Shown here: one piece after another, positions 1 through 11,027 of the stretch | Layout: each line of letters begins with the position of its first letter | Position numbering within the stretch: the stretch's first letter is position 1 | From: Lingula anatina | Taxonomy: Eukaryota; Animalia; Brachiopoda | Reading direction: 5' to 3' | DNA length: 64,000 nt | Assembly: GCA_051362555.1 (NCBI GenBank) | Contig: CM120643.1 | Span: forward strand, 6,138,001-6,202,000 | The notes under the pieces: generated by a model | Seen by the model: the letters and a program-made list of their open reading frames with translations, nothing else | What the model was told of the DNA's origin: nothing | Databases searched by the model: none | Translations under genes and position numbers: made by a program

Positions 1-1007
1 GGACAGTAGCAGCAAAAATTCACCCAAATATAAGGCATAACATTGAACTAGATTAAAAACTTGCTAAAAAGCTATAAGCAAACAGCATTGCAAATTCAAA
101 AATTCACTGGAAAGATCCAGAAGACAATGTGATCTACCTTAGAAGATTTAATAAATGCAACTCATGTTGTTATCTGACCATCTTGAAAACTAGTCTGGAG
201 TCATTGTGTTCTGTTGTGGCAGTATAGTCCTGTGCCTCCTAGAACAGTGTAGTAGTCTGGAGTCATTGTGTTCCATTGTGGCAGTATAGTCCTGTGCCTC
301 CTAGAACAGTGTAGTAGTCTGGAGTCATTGTGTTCCATTGTGGCAGTATAGTCCTGTGCCTCCAAGTACAGTGTAGTAGTCTGGAGTCATTGTGTTCCAT
401 TGTGGCAGTATAGTCCTGTGCTTCCTAGTACAGTGTTGTAGTCTGGAATCATTGTGTTCCATTGTGGCAGTATAGTCCTGTGCCTCCAAGTACAGTGTAG
501 TAGTCTGGAGTCATTGTGTTCCATTGTGGCAGTATAGTCCTGTGCTTCCTAGTACAGTGTTGTAGTCTGGAGTCATTGTGTTCAATTGTGGCAGTATAGT
601 CCTGTGTCTCCTAGTACAGTGTAGTAGTCTGGAGTCATTGTGTTCCATTGTGGCAGTATAGTCCTGTGCCTCCTAGAACAGTGTAGTAGTCTGGAGTCAT
701 TGTGTTCCATTGTGGCAGTATAGTCCTGTGCTTCCTAGTACAGTGTTGTAGTCTGGAGTCATTGTGTTCCATTGTGGCAGTATAGTCCTGTGCCTCCAAG
801 TACAGTGTAGTTGTCTGGAGTCATTGTGTTCCATTGTGGCAGTATAGTCCTGTGCTTCCTAGTACAGTGTTGTAGTCTGGAGTCATTGTGTTCAATGAGG
901 AATACCAGCCCGCTTGGCGCCAGGTGTCGCTAGTGTGAATTCAGTCCTTCCACAGTCGCCATGTTGGATATTGTATACGTTGGACTGTGGTACTGGCCTT
1001 AATAAAC

Positions 1008-1351
1008 ATGCCTCAGTATTGTTGTGTACCTGAATGTCAAAGTCGGCAAGGTGGGCATAATTTTCGTGAGGATTCAGGGCTTCGTTTGAAGTGAAGGGTT
1101 GCCCATGTCAACACACCTTCCATGTTAAAGGGACAGTTACAACTTGACCCAGGCACAGTAATTAGGCCCCTAAAGATAGACGAGTTGCCTCAAAAAGAAT
1201 ACACGTAAAAAGGTTAATTGATCTTGGCAGAACTTATAAAGTTTTGGAAAGAGAGCTCCATAGCAAGAAAGTGCCCTTAGGAAGTAAGATTTATCAAAGT
1301 GCGTTTTCTTATGTCCGTAATTTCAGAAGAGTTGTCAGTAAATATATATAA
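1008..1351 (+). pseudogene. ISL2EU transposase relic (THAP N-terminus fused by deletion to DDE_Tnp_4 C-terminus)
   Basis: MPQYCCVPECQSRQGGHNFREDSGLRLK*RVA matches the THAP start (CxVPxC...HxF...RxxW, with W mutated to stop). It is followed by VNTPSMLKGQLQL and, after a frameshift, KDRRVASKRIHVKRLIDLGRTYKVL, matching the Harbinger/ISL2 'RIHVERxI' motif. Confidence 0.85.
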
Positions 1352-1504
1352 GTGCCGGTAGCCTACTACCCACATAAGGTTGTGTTATTAAGTAATATCC
1401 TTTTTTATTGATGTATAGAGCATGACCGGTAATGTTAATTAAATAATTATTTTTATTTAAAATCATTATTCAGTACCTCGTAAGAATCATAAAACTAGGT
1501 ATAG

Positions 1505-2055
1505 TTAGATAATTTATTTGTTCATGTATAGATGCAATTTCTCAGCCAATGGAATAATGCATGTTTGGAAATCTTTTTGTAACAGTTTAAAAAATAAAAT
1601 TTAAAGAAAGAAAACATTTTATAATGAACAGTTTTTGTTCTTTTTTTACAAAATAGCACTTCTGAATTGTTTTACCTGAGTAGAAACACCATATTATTTC
1701 ATCGCTCTGAAAATTCATTAAAAAGCAGCAAAACCAAATATTTAATTTAAACAAAATAATTATCAAGTCCATAGTAAAAACCATGAAACCATGTAATGCT
1801 TAGATAATTTATTTGTGCTATAACTTTCCGGAATATATAGCTGCAATTTCTCAGCCAATGGATTACTGTAGGTATGGCAAACTTTTTGTAACAGTTTAAG
1901 AAATAAAAATTAAAGAAAGCAAACATTTTACAAATTAACACAGTTTTTTGTTCCTTTTCACAAAATAGTACTTATGAATTATTTTACTTGAATAGAACCA
2001 CCACATTACGTCATCACTTTGAAAATTCTTTAAAAAGCAGAAAAACCAAATTATT
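1505..2055. repeat. ~295-bp imperfect direct duplication inside the ISL2EU spacer
   Basis: TTAGATAATTTATTTG...GCAATTTCTCAGCCAATGG...AAAAGCAG.AAAACCAAA appears at ~1506 and ~1800. Confidence 0.8.
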
Positions 2056-2269
2056 TGCTGTAAATACAACTAGCAATTTATTTCATCCCACTAAAAATAC
2101 TTTACAAAATAGCATCATAGGTTTTTTTTAAAAAAACAGCATAAACACGTAAGTACTTTTTGTAAAGAATATAGCACCACCAAATTATTTCATTTTAGTT
2201 AAAACATTTTTTAAAATTGCACTTCAAAATTATGATTGCAGCTAAAACCATCTCATACAGGGGTACTTT

Positions 2270-3465
2270 CTAAAAACTAGTTGACACATACTTCCTATAG
2301 TGTTTTTCATTAAAAAAAGTTATTCTGGGCAAAATACATGTAGAAAAATATCCAGCGTCAGAATGAATCAACCCCACAAACAGATCTTTGAATGTAAACA
2401 CAACAAAATAGCAGAATGGGCGATTTGTAATGAACATCTGGCCTTCTAACTTAGTATAGTATTCGCGGGTTTTCTTTAGGCCCAGATTCGTGCACGAGAT
2501 ACACATTCCAAAAAGGATAAATCGGGTCCGGGTCCAACTGTCATGTGTCTACAATGGTTTTGGACACAACAATGATTCATACAGTTTGTTTATATACTTC
2601 TTCTCTGTGGCTGCAATTATCTCTCCAAACCTGGAAGCAGTGATCTGCCATTGTCTCTCCTTGTGTCAGATTGCGCTCTTTCCTTGTTATAACTTGCTAT
2701 GCTCAGTGTCCTTCGCTGTTTGTTCCTCAACCTGAAATATTCATATCCCATTAAAGCATGGTAGATGGTTACAGCATTAAATATTTAACATACAATATTA
2801 TATTTCTATGAAGTCAGACATCACCTAGTTTGATAATTCTTTCTCATATTTGGGCCTGATTCTTAATATTAGACCTCTGTTTTCACTTACATCATTCCCT
2901 CTATCCATGCATTATTGTTTTCATGGCACTTGGCAATAGTTGTTGTCCATCACAGCCGCCTGTTAGTCAGCTTTAGGGTAGGCATAACTGGTGGCTACAT
3001 CAATCTTTGCCGCTGATGTGAAGTGACGGGTAAGATTCCTGAAGTAATCATTTTATCCTGCTCTTGAAGCTGGCTGTCCTGGGGTCCTGAAATCGACAGT
3101 TTCAGGCTTTGCCCCCAATATATGGGCCTTCTTTGGGTAACCTTATAAAGAAAATAAATAAGTACATTTACTAAGTATACACAATCTTCGTCTTTCGTGC
3201 TACTAAAACAAAATATGAGCGTAGGCCTACTCGTACCTACAATAGTCTACATGTACATAACATGTCAGATTTGACACACACACCTCGACTAATGTTCGAT
3301 TTTTTTCAAGGAAAATAGTTAGCATTCGTGTTTTTCAAGCACTAAATGAAAAGAAAACACATACCTTTCAGTCAATTCACATTTTCATCCAGATGTTATG
3401 GCACCACATTCAAGTAAATTGCGTTTGAGTTGGTTCACTGTCAGCGACGCGTGCACACGCTCCAT
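2270..3465 (-). pseudogene. ISL2EU ORF2 relic: SAP domain plus YqaJ/lambda-exonuclease, spliced
   Basis: Exon 1 from ATG 3465 reads MERVHASLTVNQLKRNLLECGAITSG*KCELTER (SAP motif) and ends at a GT donor. An exon below ~2731 reads QGKSAI*HKERQWQITASRFGEI (YqaJ motif W..R..ITAS.FG). ORF 2270..2506 reads EYYTKLEGQMFITNRPFCYFVVFT (YqaJ YYxQxQGQM..T...C.FVV). Stops are present. Confidence 0.85.
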
Positions 3466-4492
3466 GTTAAACTCTGGTGTAAAACCGTGAGCGAGATTCT
3501 GCGAGATTTAAGAAGGACTGCTTTCACCCCCACGCCATCTAGCGGCAGACCCTTAAAGCGGGTATTCCCCATTGTGGCAGTATAGTCCTGTGTCTCCTAG
3601 TACAGTGTAGTAGTCTGGAGTCAGTGTTCCATTGTGGCAGTATAGTCCTGTGTCTCCTAGTACAGTGTAGTAGTCTGGAGTCATTGTGTTCTGTTGTGGC
3701 AGTATAGTCCTGTGCCTCCTAGTACAGTGTAGTAGTCTGGAGTCATTGTGTTCCATTGTGGCAGTATAGTCCTGTGTCTCCTAGTACAGTGTAGTAGTCT
3801 GGAGTCATTGTGTTCCATTGTGGCAGTATAGTCCTGTGTCTCCTAGTACAGTGTAGTAGTCTGGAGTCATTGTGTTCCATTGTGGCAGTATAGTCCTGTG
3901 TCTCCTAGTACAGTGTAGTAGTCTGGAGTCATTGTGTTCCATTGTGGCAGTATAGTCCTGTGCCTCCTAGTACAGTGTAGTAGTCTGAAAGTCAATGTGT
4001 TCCATTGTGACAGTATAGTCCTATGCCTCCTAGTACAGTGTAGTAGTCTGCAGTCATTGTGTTCCATTGTGGCATTATAGTCCTATGCCTCCTAGTACAG
4101 TGTAGTAGTCTGCAGTCATTGTGTTCCATTGTGACATTATAGTCCTATGCCTCCTAGTACAGTGTAGTAGTCTGCAGTCATTGTGTTCCATTGTGGCATT
4201 ATAGTCCTATGCCTCCTAGTACAGTGTAGTAGTCTGCAGTCATTGTGTTCTATTGTGACATTATAGTCCTATGCCTCCTAGTACAGTTTAGTAGTCTGCA
4301 GTCATTGTGTTCTATTGTGACATTATAGTCCTATGCCTCCTAGTACAGTGTAGTAGTCTGGAGTCATTGTGTTCCATTGTGGCATTATAGTCCTATGCCT
4401 CCTAGTACAGTGTAGTAGTCTGGAGTCATTGTGTTCCATTGTGGCAGTATAGTCCTGTGCTTCCTAGTACAGTGTAGTAGTCTGGAGTCATT

Positions 4493-4706
4493 CACCCCAT
4501 TCTCATAGATTAGATCGACCTACATAGGATCGACCTAACTCCCTGGGGGTTCACGCTAAATAGCTGTCAGCCGGGCGGACACGAAAGTTAATTACCCCTT
4601 ATAGCTTGTAGTAGGCGGGGTGGACACTTAAGGCGGATTATCTGACAGTAATCTAGTGAGACTCCCCGCGGTGATAGATCGATCTAAAAGTTGTGAGAAC
4701 AGAGCC
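4493..4706 (+). mobile_element. ~215-bp PIF/Harbinger (Tourist-like) MITE, family copy 1
   Basis: Inserted in the 62-bp unit with an ATT duplication (4490-4492, 4707-4709). Shares CCCTGGGGGTTCACGCTAAA...TAATTACCCC...CTAGTGAGACTCCCC..GATAGATCGATCTAAAA with the copies at 43494 and 56771. Confidence 0.85.
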
Positions 4707-5033
4707 ATTGTGTTCCATTGTGGCAGTATAGTCCTGTGCCTCCTAGTACAGTGTAGTAGTCTGGAGTCATTGTGTTCCATTGTGGTAGTATAGTCCTGTG
4801 CTTCCTAGTACAGTGTAGTAGTCTGGAGTCATTGTGTTCCATTGTGGCAGTATAGTCCTGTGCCTCCTAGTACAGTGTAGTAGTCTGGAGTCATTGTGTT
4901 CCATTGTGGCAGTATAGTCCTGTGCCTCATAGTACAGTGTAGTACAGTGTAGTGTGGAGTCAGATGATAAACTGGAAAAGACAAAAAAGTCAATGACCAG
5001 GGTTTTTCCTCAAGATCCAGAATATTAGACTTA

Positions 5034-6145
5034 CATTAAACTTGGACATAAAAAGGAAAGGACGTGAAACGCGGCATCTTCCTTTGAAGCTATGTGCGTT
5101 CGGGTAAACATTTGCCCATTGTCTCAGATAAGCTGTTTTGATAGCTCCAAACAAGATTGCCTTTACCACAAAGGGCATTTTGAATTCCTTCATGAACAAA
5201 CATATCAAATTCTCACACAGCTTCCAAATTGACAGAACAAATTGTATTTATACTTAATCTCTATAAGTTTATTGTCTCATCCACCCGAAGGATTGACTCA
5301 CGTTATCACCAACTACCTGCCCCAATGACACAAAAAGTCATTGACAACTGCAATATATATGCTCGCTACCTGTACAGGAGGTCACGTGATCCGAACGCAC
5401 ATGGTTTCGCAAAGTGCTCGCGTAAAGCCGATTATCCTTTGATCTTGCTCTGCATTTCAGGTCCTTCTCTTATTATGTCCAAGCATCAAATAAACTGCAA
5501 AGAAATATTTTATAAAATAAATTTATCAAAAAAAGTGTTGTTGTAAGTTGACGCTCAAGCATACACTGTACCAGTACTGATATTAAAGAGGTGGGTTTAT
5601 GGTGCTTTCTGAAACTCAGGATGGTAGTGCTAGTTCATGTAAGTGGACACGCCATGGGAAGTTTTAGTTGTTCATAGTTAAGTTCATATATTACTATTTC
5701 GACAGATGACTCAAAAGAAACAAGAAAAAGGCCCACTTAAAAATTATATAAGAAGGAATAACGCTAGTTCTTCATTTTATTGCCTCACCTTCATAAGGCA
5801 TTGGGTAATTGCACATGAAAAGGGAATGAAGTAGATGACTGCGTGCAATCTTGCTAGATCTCCAAGAGCGCTTTTAATCTGCAGCGTCAACATTCTGAAG
5901 CATTTTGTAAAATCTTCACCAGCACATTGCATCGTGATGTGAACAGTGAACAACTGACACAGTCCAAACCATATGTATCCGTCACTTTCGATGTCTCATC
6001 CTGAATTCACCGATTAAGTTTGTTAATAGAATCTATAACAAAACCATCTAAGAAAAGTGTCCTGATGTATGGTGAAACTCAGTGTGCAGAACGTTTGATG
6101 AAAATTCCGACTTTTCAACGTCACTCTTTGCCTAGTCTACGCCAT
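5034..6145 (-). pseudogene. Possible degenerate spliced gene of unknown family
   Basis: Three exon-like blocks with plausible splice sites (donors GTGAG ~5788, GTGAGT ~5301, GTAAGT ~5034; acceptor TTTGCAG ~5495). They translate to ...DLARLHAVIYFIPFSCAITQCLMK / FI*CLDIIREGPEMQ... / LCENLICLFMKEFKMPFVVKAILFGAIKTAYLRQWANVYPNAH..., with in-frame stops. No domain recognised. Confidence 0.3.
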
Positions 6146-6159
6146 ATAAAAATTGTTTA

Positions 6160-6442
6160 GTATAGATGGCGCTATGCAAGAGGTGAGACTTAGGATTTGT
6201 AAAGGACTGCGGCCAGTATCAGCAACAGGTTCACCGCCTGCTTTCTAAGAAACTCGTGCGAGGAGGGAGAGAGTTCTGGAACCGCAAGGTCGAGAGCTTC
6301 AAGGAAGTGTCAATCTGATTGGTTTAAAGTTAAGGAAACAATATAGGAACCGTCCAATGAAATTCTTTTATACAATAATTATTCCTGTTTATTGTTTTAG
6401 TAAACAAAGCAAAGAGACAATGTCTACACAGTCGCTGGTAAG
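6160..6442 (+). promoter_or_regulatory. Putative promoter and first exon of the CBM20 gene
   Basis: Locally CpG-richer segment with a CTCF-like TAGATGGCGCT (~6163), CCAAT boxes (GATTGG ~6317, CCAAT ~6354) and a strong donor CTG|GTAAGT at 6437/6438. Confidence 0.45.
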
Positions 6443-6516
6443 TTTTATTTTTATTTTTATTTTTTATTCTGTAGCAAGTTCAATGTAAGCCCACACAGCA
6501 CCTTTTTACCTGTACA

Positions 6517-9500
6517 TAATTGTACCACCAGCGTTAGCGCTGGCGGTACACATGGTTTCGGTCCCGTCCGGATCGTTCCGCCGGCTCCGTTGGCTCCGCC
6601 GGCTCCGCCGGACGGCTACCGTTACCGCTTCTCCTCCTAGACGGTAAGGGCCCCCATACCCATCTCATGGATTTAGGTCACCTATAATCTCAACTCGTTC
6701 CACGTAAAATTTGGGCTTTGTCGGTATTGGGGTCTGGGTGTGGCACTCATTGCAATGCACCCTTGTCTAAAAATGGCAAAATTAAATGCTAATTATCTAC
6801 CCTACGGAAGGAGTTATGGGAAAAATTTCTATAGACGGCTTTCCAAAAGTCATATGTGTAGATTTCAAATATACCCTTGGATTTGACCTTTGACCTCTAC
6901 TTCAAGGTCAAATGGGCCAAAATTTTCAAAAAAATGAAATTTTTTATGAAAAAAAATTTTTTTGCCCTGTTATTCAGACACCACACAGACTTAACCAATA
7001 ATATTATTGGAAAGTGTTACCCTTCAGGTCATCTTTCATCTCCATGAATTTGGGGTCAATCGGTGCATTTTCACAGGAGTAGCGGCCATAAGATACCGAA
7101 ACTGAAAACTGTCTCTAATTCGGGAACCGTTAATGCTAGAGACCCATTCTTTTTTGCATTTTGTAGAGCATGTAAAGCCCAACACTGAAAGTGGTCTCGG
7201 TTTTTTTGTATTCCATACGGTTTTCGAGTTACGCTGTATCAAAAAGTACATATTGGTGGTAAAAGCAAAATGTGCAGTACGGTAATGGATAATAAATTTT
7301 GAACTCTGGAAAAATAAAACATAAGGCTTGGCAAAGCAGACAACTTGTGTTCAAAAATGACATTATTTCATCAAATTTGAACTTCTGAAACTTCAGATCA
7401 CCTCCTATTTCAAGAATTTTGACCAAAATGACATTTTCTTTATTTTAATTAATTTTTTTCTGTACGAAATTTAAGGCACATTATGGTAACTCCAAAATTA
7501 TAACATCTAGTCCCTTATATCTCCAAAACTGGCAGAGATAGGTCCATAGTTACTATTGCAGTTGAATAGGAAATCATATACTGGCAATCTTACTATGACC
7601 TTGAAATTGACCTTTGACCTACTTTTCACCATGAACTGAACTTTGCAAATTTTTCTTCCCTTTTATCTCCAAAACTGGCAGAGATAGGTCCATAGTTACT
7701 ATTGAACTTGAATAGGAAGTCATATACTGGCAATGTAAATGTGACCTTAAAATTGACATTTGACCTACTTTACACCATGAACTGAATTTTGCAAATTTTG
7801 CTTTCCTTTTATCTCCAAAACTGGCAGAGATAGGTCCATAGTTACTATTGAACTTAAATAGGAAGTCATATACTGGCAATCTATATGTGACATTAAAATT
7901 GACCTTTGACCTACTTTTCACCATGAACTGAATTTTGCAAATTTTGCTTTCCTTTTATCTCCAAAACTGGCTGAGATAGGTCCGTAGTTACTATTGAACT
8001 TGAATAGGAAGTCATATACTGGCAATCTAAATGTGACCTTAAAATTGACCTTTGACCTACTTTTCACCATAAACTAAACTTTGCAAAATTTGCTTCCCTT
8101 TTATCTCCAAAACTGGCAGAGATAGGTCCATAGTTACTATTGAACTTGAATAGGAAGTCATATACTGGCAATCTAAATGTGACCTTAAAATTGACCTTTG
8201 ACCTACTTTTCACCATGAACTGAACTTTCCGAATTTTTCTTCCCTTTTATCTCCAAAACTGGCAGAGATAGGTCCATAGTTACTATTGAACTTGAAAAGG
8301 AAGTCATATACTGGCAATCTAAATGTGACCTTAAAATTGACCTTTGACCTACTTTACACCATGAACTGAATTTTGCAAATTTTGCTTTCCTTTTATCTCC
8401 AAAACTGGCTGAGATAGGTCCGTAGTTACTATTGAACTTGAATAGGAAGTCATATACTGGCAATCTAAATGTGACCTTAAAATTGACCTTTGACCTACTT
8501 TTCACCATAAACTGAACTTTGCAAATTTTGCTTCCCTTTTATCTCCAAAACTGGCAGAGATAGGTCCATAGTTACTATTGAACTTGAATAGGAAGTCATA
8601 TACTGGCAATCCAAATGTTACCTTGAAATTGACCTTTGACCTACTTTTCACCATGAACTGAACTTTGCAAACTTTTCTGCCCTTTTATCTCCAAAACTGG
8701 CAGAGATAGGTCCATAGTTACTATTGAACTTGAAAAGGAAGTCATATACTGGCAATCTAAATGTGACCTTAAAATTGACCTTTGACCTACTTTACACCAT
8801 GAACTGAATTTTGCAAATTTTGCTTCCCTTTTATCTTCAAAACTGGCTGAGATAGGTCCATAGTTACTATTGAACTTGAAAAGGAAGTCATATACTGGCA
8901 ATCTAAATGTGACCTTAAAATTGACCTTTGACCTACTTTACACCATAAACTGAACTTTGCAAACTTTTCTGCCCTTTTATCTCCAAAACTGGCAGAGATA
9001 GGTCCATAGTTACTATTGAACTTGAAAAGGAAGTCATATACTGGCAATCTAAATGTGACCTTAAAATTGACCTTTGACCTACTTTACACCATGAACTGAA
9101 TTTTGCAAATTTTGCTTTCCTTTTATCTCCAAAACTGGCAGAGATAGGTCCATAGTTACTATTGAACTTGAATAGGAAGTCATATACTGGCAATCCAAAT
9201 GTTACCTTGAAATTGACCTTTGACCTACTTTTCACCATGAACTGAACTTTGCAAACTTTTCTGCCCTTTTATCTCCAAAACTGGCAGAGATAGGTCCATA
9301 GTTACTATTGAACTTGAAAAGGAAGTCATATACTGGCAATCTAAATGTGACCTTAAAATTGACCTTTGACCTACTTTACACCATGAACTGAATTTTGCAA
9401 ATTTTGCTTCCCTTTTATCTTCAAAACTGGCTGAGATAGGTCCATAGTTACTATTGAACTTGAAAAGGAAGTCATATACTGGCAATCTAAATGTGACCTT

Positions 9501-10161
9501 AAAATTGACCTTTGACCTACTTTACACCATGAACTGAATTTTGCAAATTTTGCTTTCCTTTTATCTCCAAAACTGGCTGAGATAGGTCCGTAGTTACTAT
9601 TGAACTTGAGTAGGAAGTCATATACTGGCATTATAAATGTGACATTAAAATTAACCTTTGTCCTACTTTTCACCATAAACTGAACTTTGCAAATTTTGCT
9701 TCACTTTTATCTCCAAAACTGGCTGAGATAGGTCCATAGTTACTATTGAACTTGAATAGAAAGTCATATACTGGCAATCTAAATGTGACCTTGAAATTGA
9801 CCTTTGACCTACTTTTTATCATGAACTGAACTCTGCTAATTTCTTTCTCTTTTAACTTCAAACTTGACAGAGATAGGTCCATAGTTACTCTTGAACTTGA
9901 ATAGGAAGTCATATACTGGCAATTTACTGTGACCTTGAAATTGACCCTTGACCTACCTTACGAAGAACTTAAATTTGATTGTACCATATATATTTTTTGC
10001 AATAGTTAAAAAATTCTTGTTGATTGCATTTTTACAGCTTGTCAAGCACAAAACTGGTGGCTGTGTCCCTTATTTTGTGTATGTGGGGGTCTATACGAAT
10101 GCGTTTGCTCCAGCTGGTGGTACAATATTTGGAGGCGGTATCGCCTCTCTGATCCTCTAGT
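6517..10161 (+). mobile_element. Non-autonomous Helentron/Helitron2 (HINE) carrying a 146-bp tandem array
   Basis: 5' sub-terminal repeat ATTGTACCACCAGC with an adjacent inverted copy (GCTGGCGGTACA) and (CTCCG/GTCC)-rich microsatellite. 3' subTIR GCTGGTGGTACAAT (10113-10126), hairpin GAGGCG-GTAT-CGCCTC (10132-10147), and terminal CTAG followed by a T run. This is the canonical HINE layout. Confidence 0.85.
7513..9955. repeat. 146-bp satellite-like tandem array (~16-17 copies)
   Basis: The unit CCTTTTATCTCCAAAACTGGCAGAGATAGGTCCATAGTTACTATTGAACTTGAATAGGAAGTCATATACTGGC...TGACCTTTGACCTAC recurs every 146 bp. Spurious ORFs at 8641, 8787 and 8933 are spaced exactly 146 bp apart. Confidence 0.97.
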
Positions 10162-10552
10162 TTTTTATGTGGTTCATTTTTATTCTTAAAAAATTCATGT
10201 CACACGTTTTGCTGATCATTCTGATAATATGGTACAAATGCATACATCACAAACTACCAAATTAAGATACAGAACTCCATGATTTGTATCTTGTTTAACA
10301 TGATTTCATTTATTTATTGTACATATTGCAGATGACAGCAGATATGGGAATTGAAATTAATAAAGAAGAACAGTGTGCTCGTGAGTTGTGTGTGATTGTA
10401 TAATCAGACTGTATGTGTTTTATAATACAATATGGGCCTAAAACTACTCTTGCAATTATTTTTTTGTTACTTAAAATAATAAAAAAACATTTTATTTGCT
10501 CATAATATGAAAATAAGATAGATATATATTTTTCTTTATTCACATTAATTAA

Positions 10553-10928
10553 AGGGATAATAATTAACTCTTTGTATGAGATCTATATTTTACAATAAAA
10601 ACATTGTGAACAACTCGTATATAATATAATATAATATAATATAATATAATATAATATAATATAATATAATATAATCCGTTTTAAATCAAAAACAGCAGTT
10701 ATAGCTATTATTCTGATATCTGAGCATGTCAGCGGACCACGTGAACTCCATAGATGGCTATACTCTGTAATATGAAATTATAACAAAAAAAAAAACTTTT
10801 TAGGAAAAAAAAAACAGGGACTAACTTTGAATGTAAAAATGGATTCATTAACCATTGGTAAGTATGGGAAATTTGTTGTTTACTCTAGGAAAATTCATTT
10901 TTTGGCCAAGACGAACAGTTATTATCCC
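10553..10928 (+). mobile_element. TTAA-flanked non-autonomous DNA element (Kolobok-like), containing (ATAAT)n
   Basis: Starts TTAA|AGGGATAA and ends TTATCCC. The interior (CCATAGATGGCTA..., TTGGTAAGTATGG.AAA, TTCATTTTTTGGCCAA) matches 54050-54382 (reverse) and 61505-61702. (ATAAT)n lies at 10620-10675. Confidence 0.6.
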
Positions 10929-11027
10929 AGTGATCAATTTGAATGTCTGTAGTGTAAATATCAAAAAGATATATTGATAGGATTTCTTTCTGTTTTATTT
11001 TATTTCTTCTTTTTATTTTTATCAGCC

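Larger units (their letters stand above)
897..3570 (+). mobile_element. Internally deleted ISL2EU (PHIS superfamily) DNA transposon
   Basis: Terminal inverted repeats GAGGAATACC...GGTATTCCCC flanked by an AT duplication (895-896, 3571-3572). The empty site (GTGTTCAATTGTGG) survives in a sister repeat unit at ~578-591. It carries convergent relics of a THAP/DDE_Tnp_4 transposase and a YqaJ exonuclease, the two-gene layout and AT TSD known for ISL2EU. Confidence 0.88.
191..4960. repeat. 62-bp minisatellite array, interrupted by two transposon insertions (897-3570 and 4493-4706)
   Basis: The unit TAGTCTGGAGTCATTGTGTTCCATTGTGGCAGTATAGTCCTGTGCCTCCTAGTACAGTGTAG recurs at 191, 253, 315 and onward, and resumes in register at 3571 and 4707. 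ORFs 3553..3756 and 3867..4067 are translations of this repeat. Confidence 0.97.

Noticed and set aside
1162-1173. TTAGGCCCCTAA quasi-palindrome causing the transposase frameshift (possible excision footprint)
   Set aside because: Too short to distinguish from a chance insertion without the family consensus.
893-3574. P-element interpretation (CAATG...CATTG ends plus THAP)
   Set aside because: There is no 8-bp TSD. The sister repeat unit shows only AT is duplicated, and the catalytic remnant is DDE_Tnp_4 type with a YqaJ partner.
191-4960. 62-bp repeat array next to a nuclease gene as a CRISPR-like or repeat-guided system
   Set aside because: Units are contiguous with no unique spacers, and the nuclease belongs to a TSD-flanked transposon that inserted into the array.
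7619-9912. Series of near-identical 86-101 aa ORFs
   Set aside because: They are translations of the 146-bp tandem repeat, whose length is not a multiple of 3.
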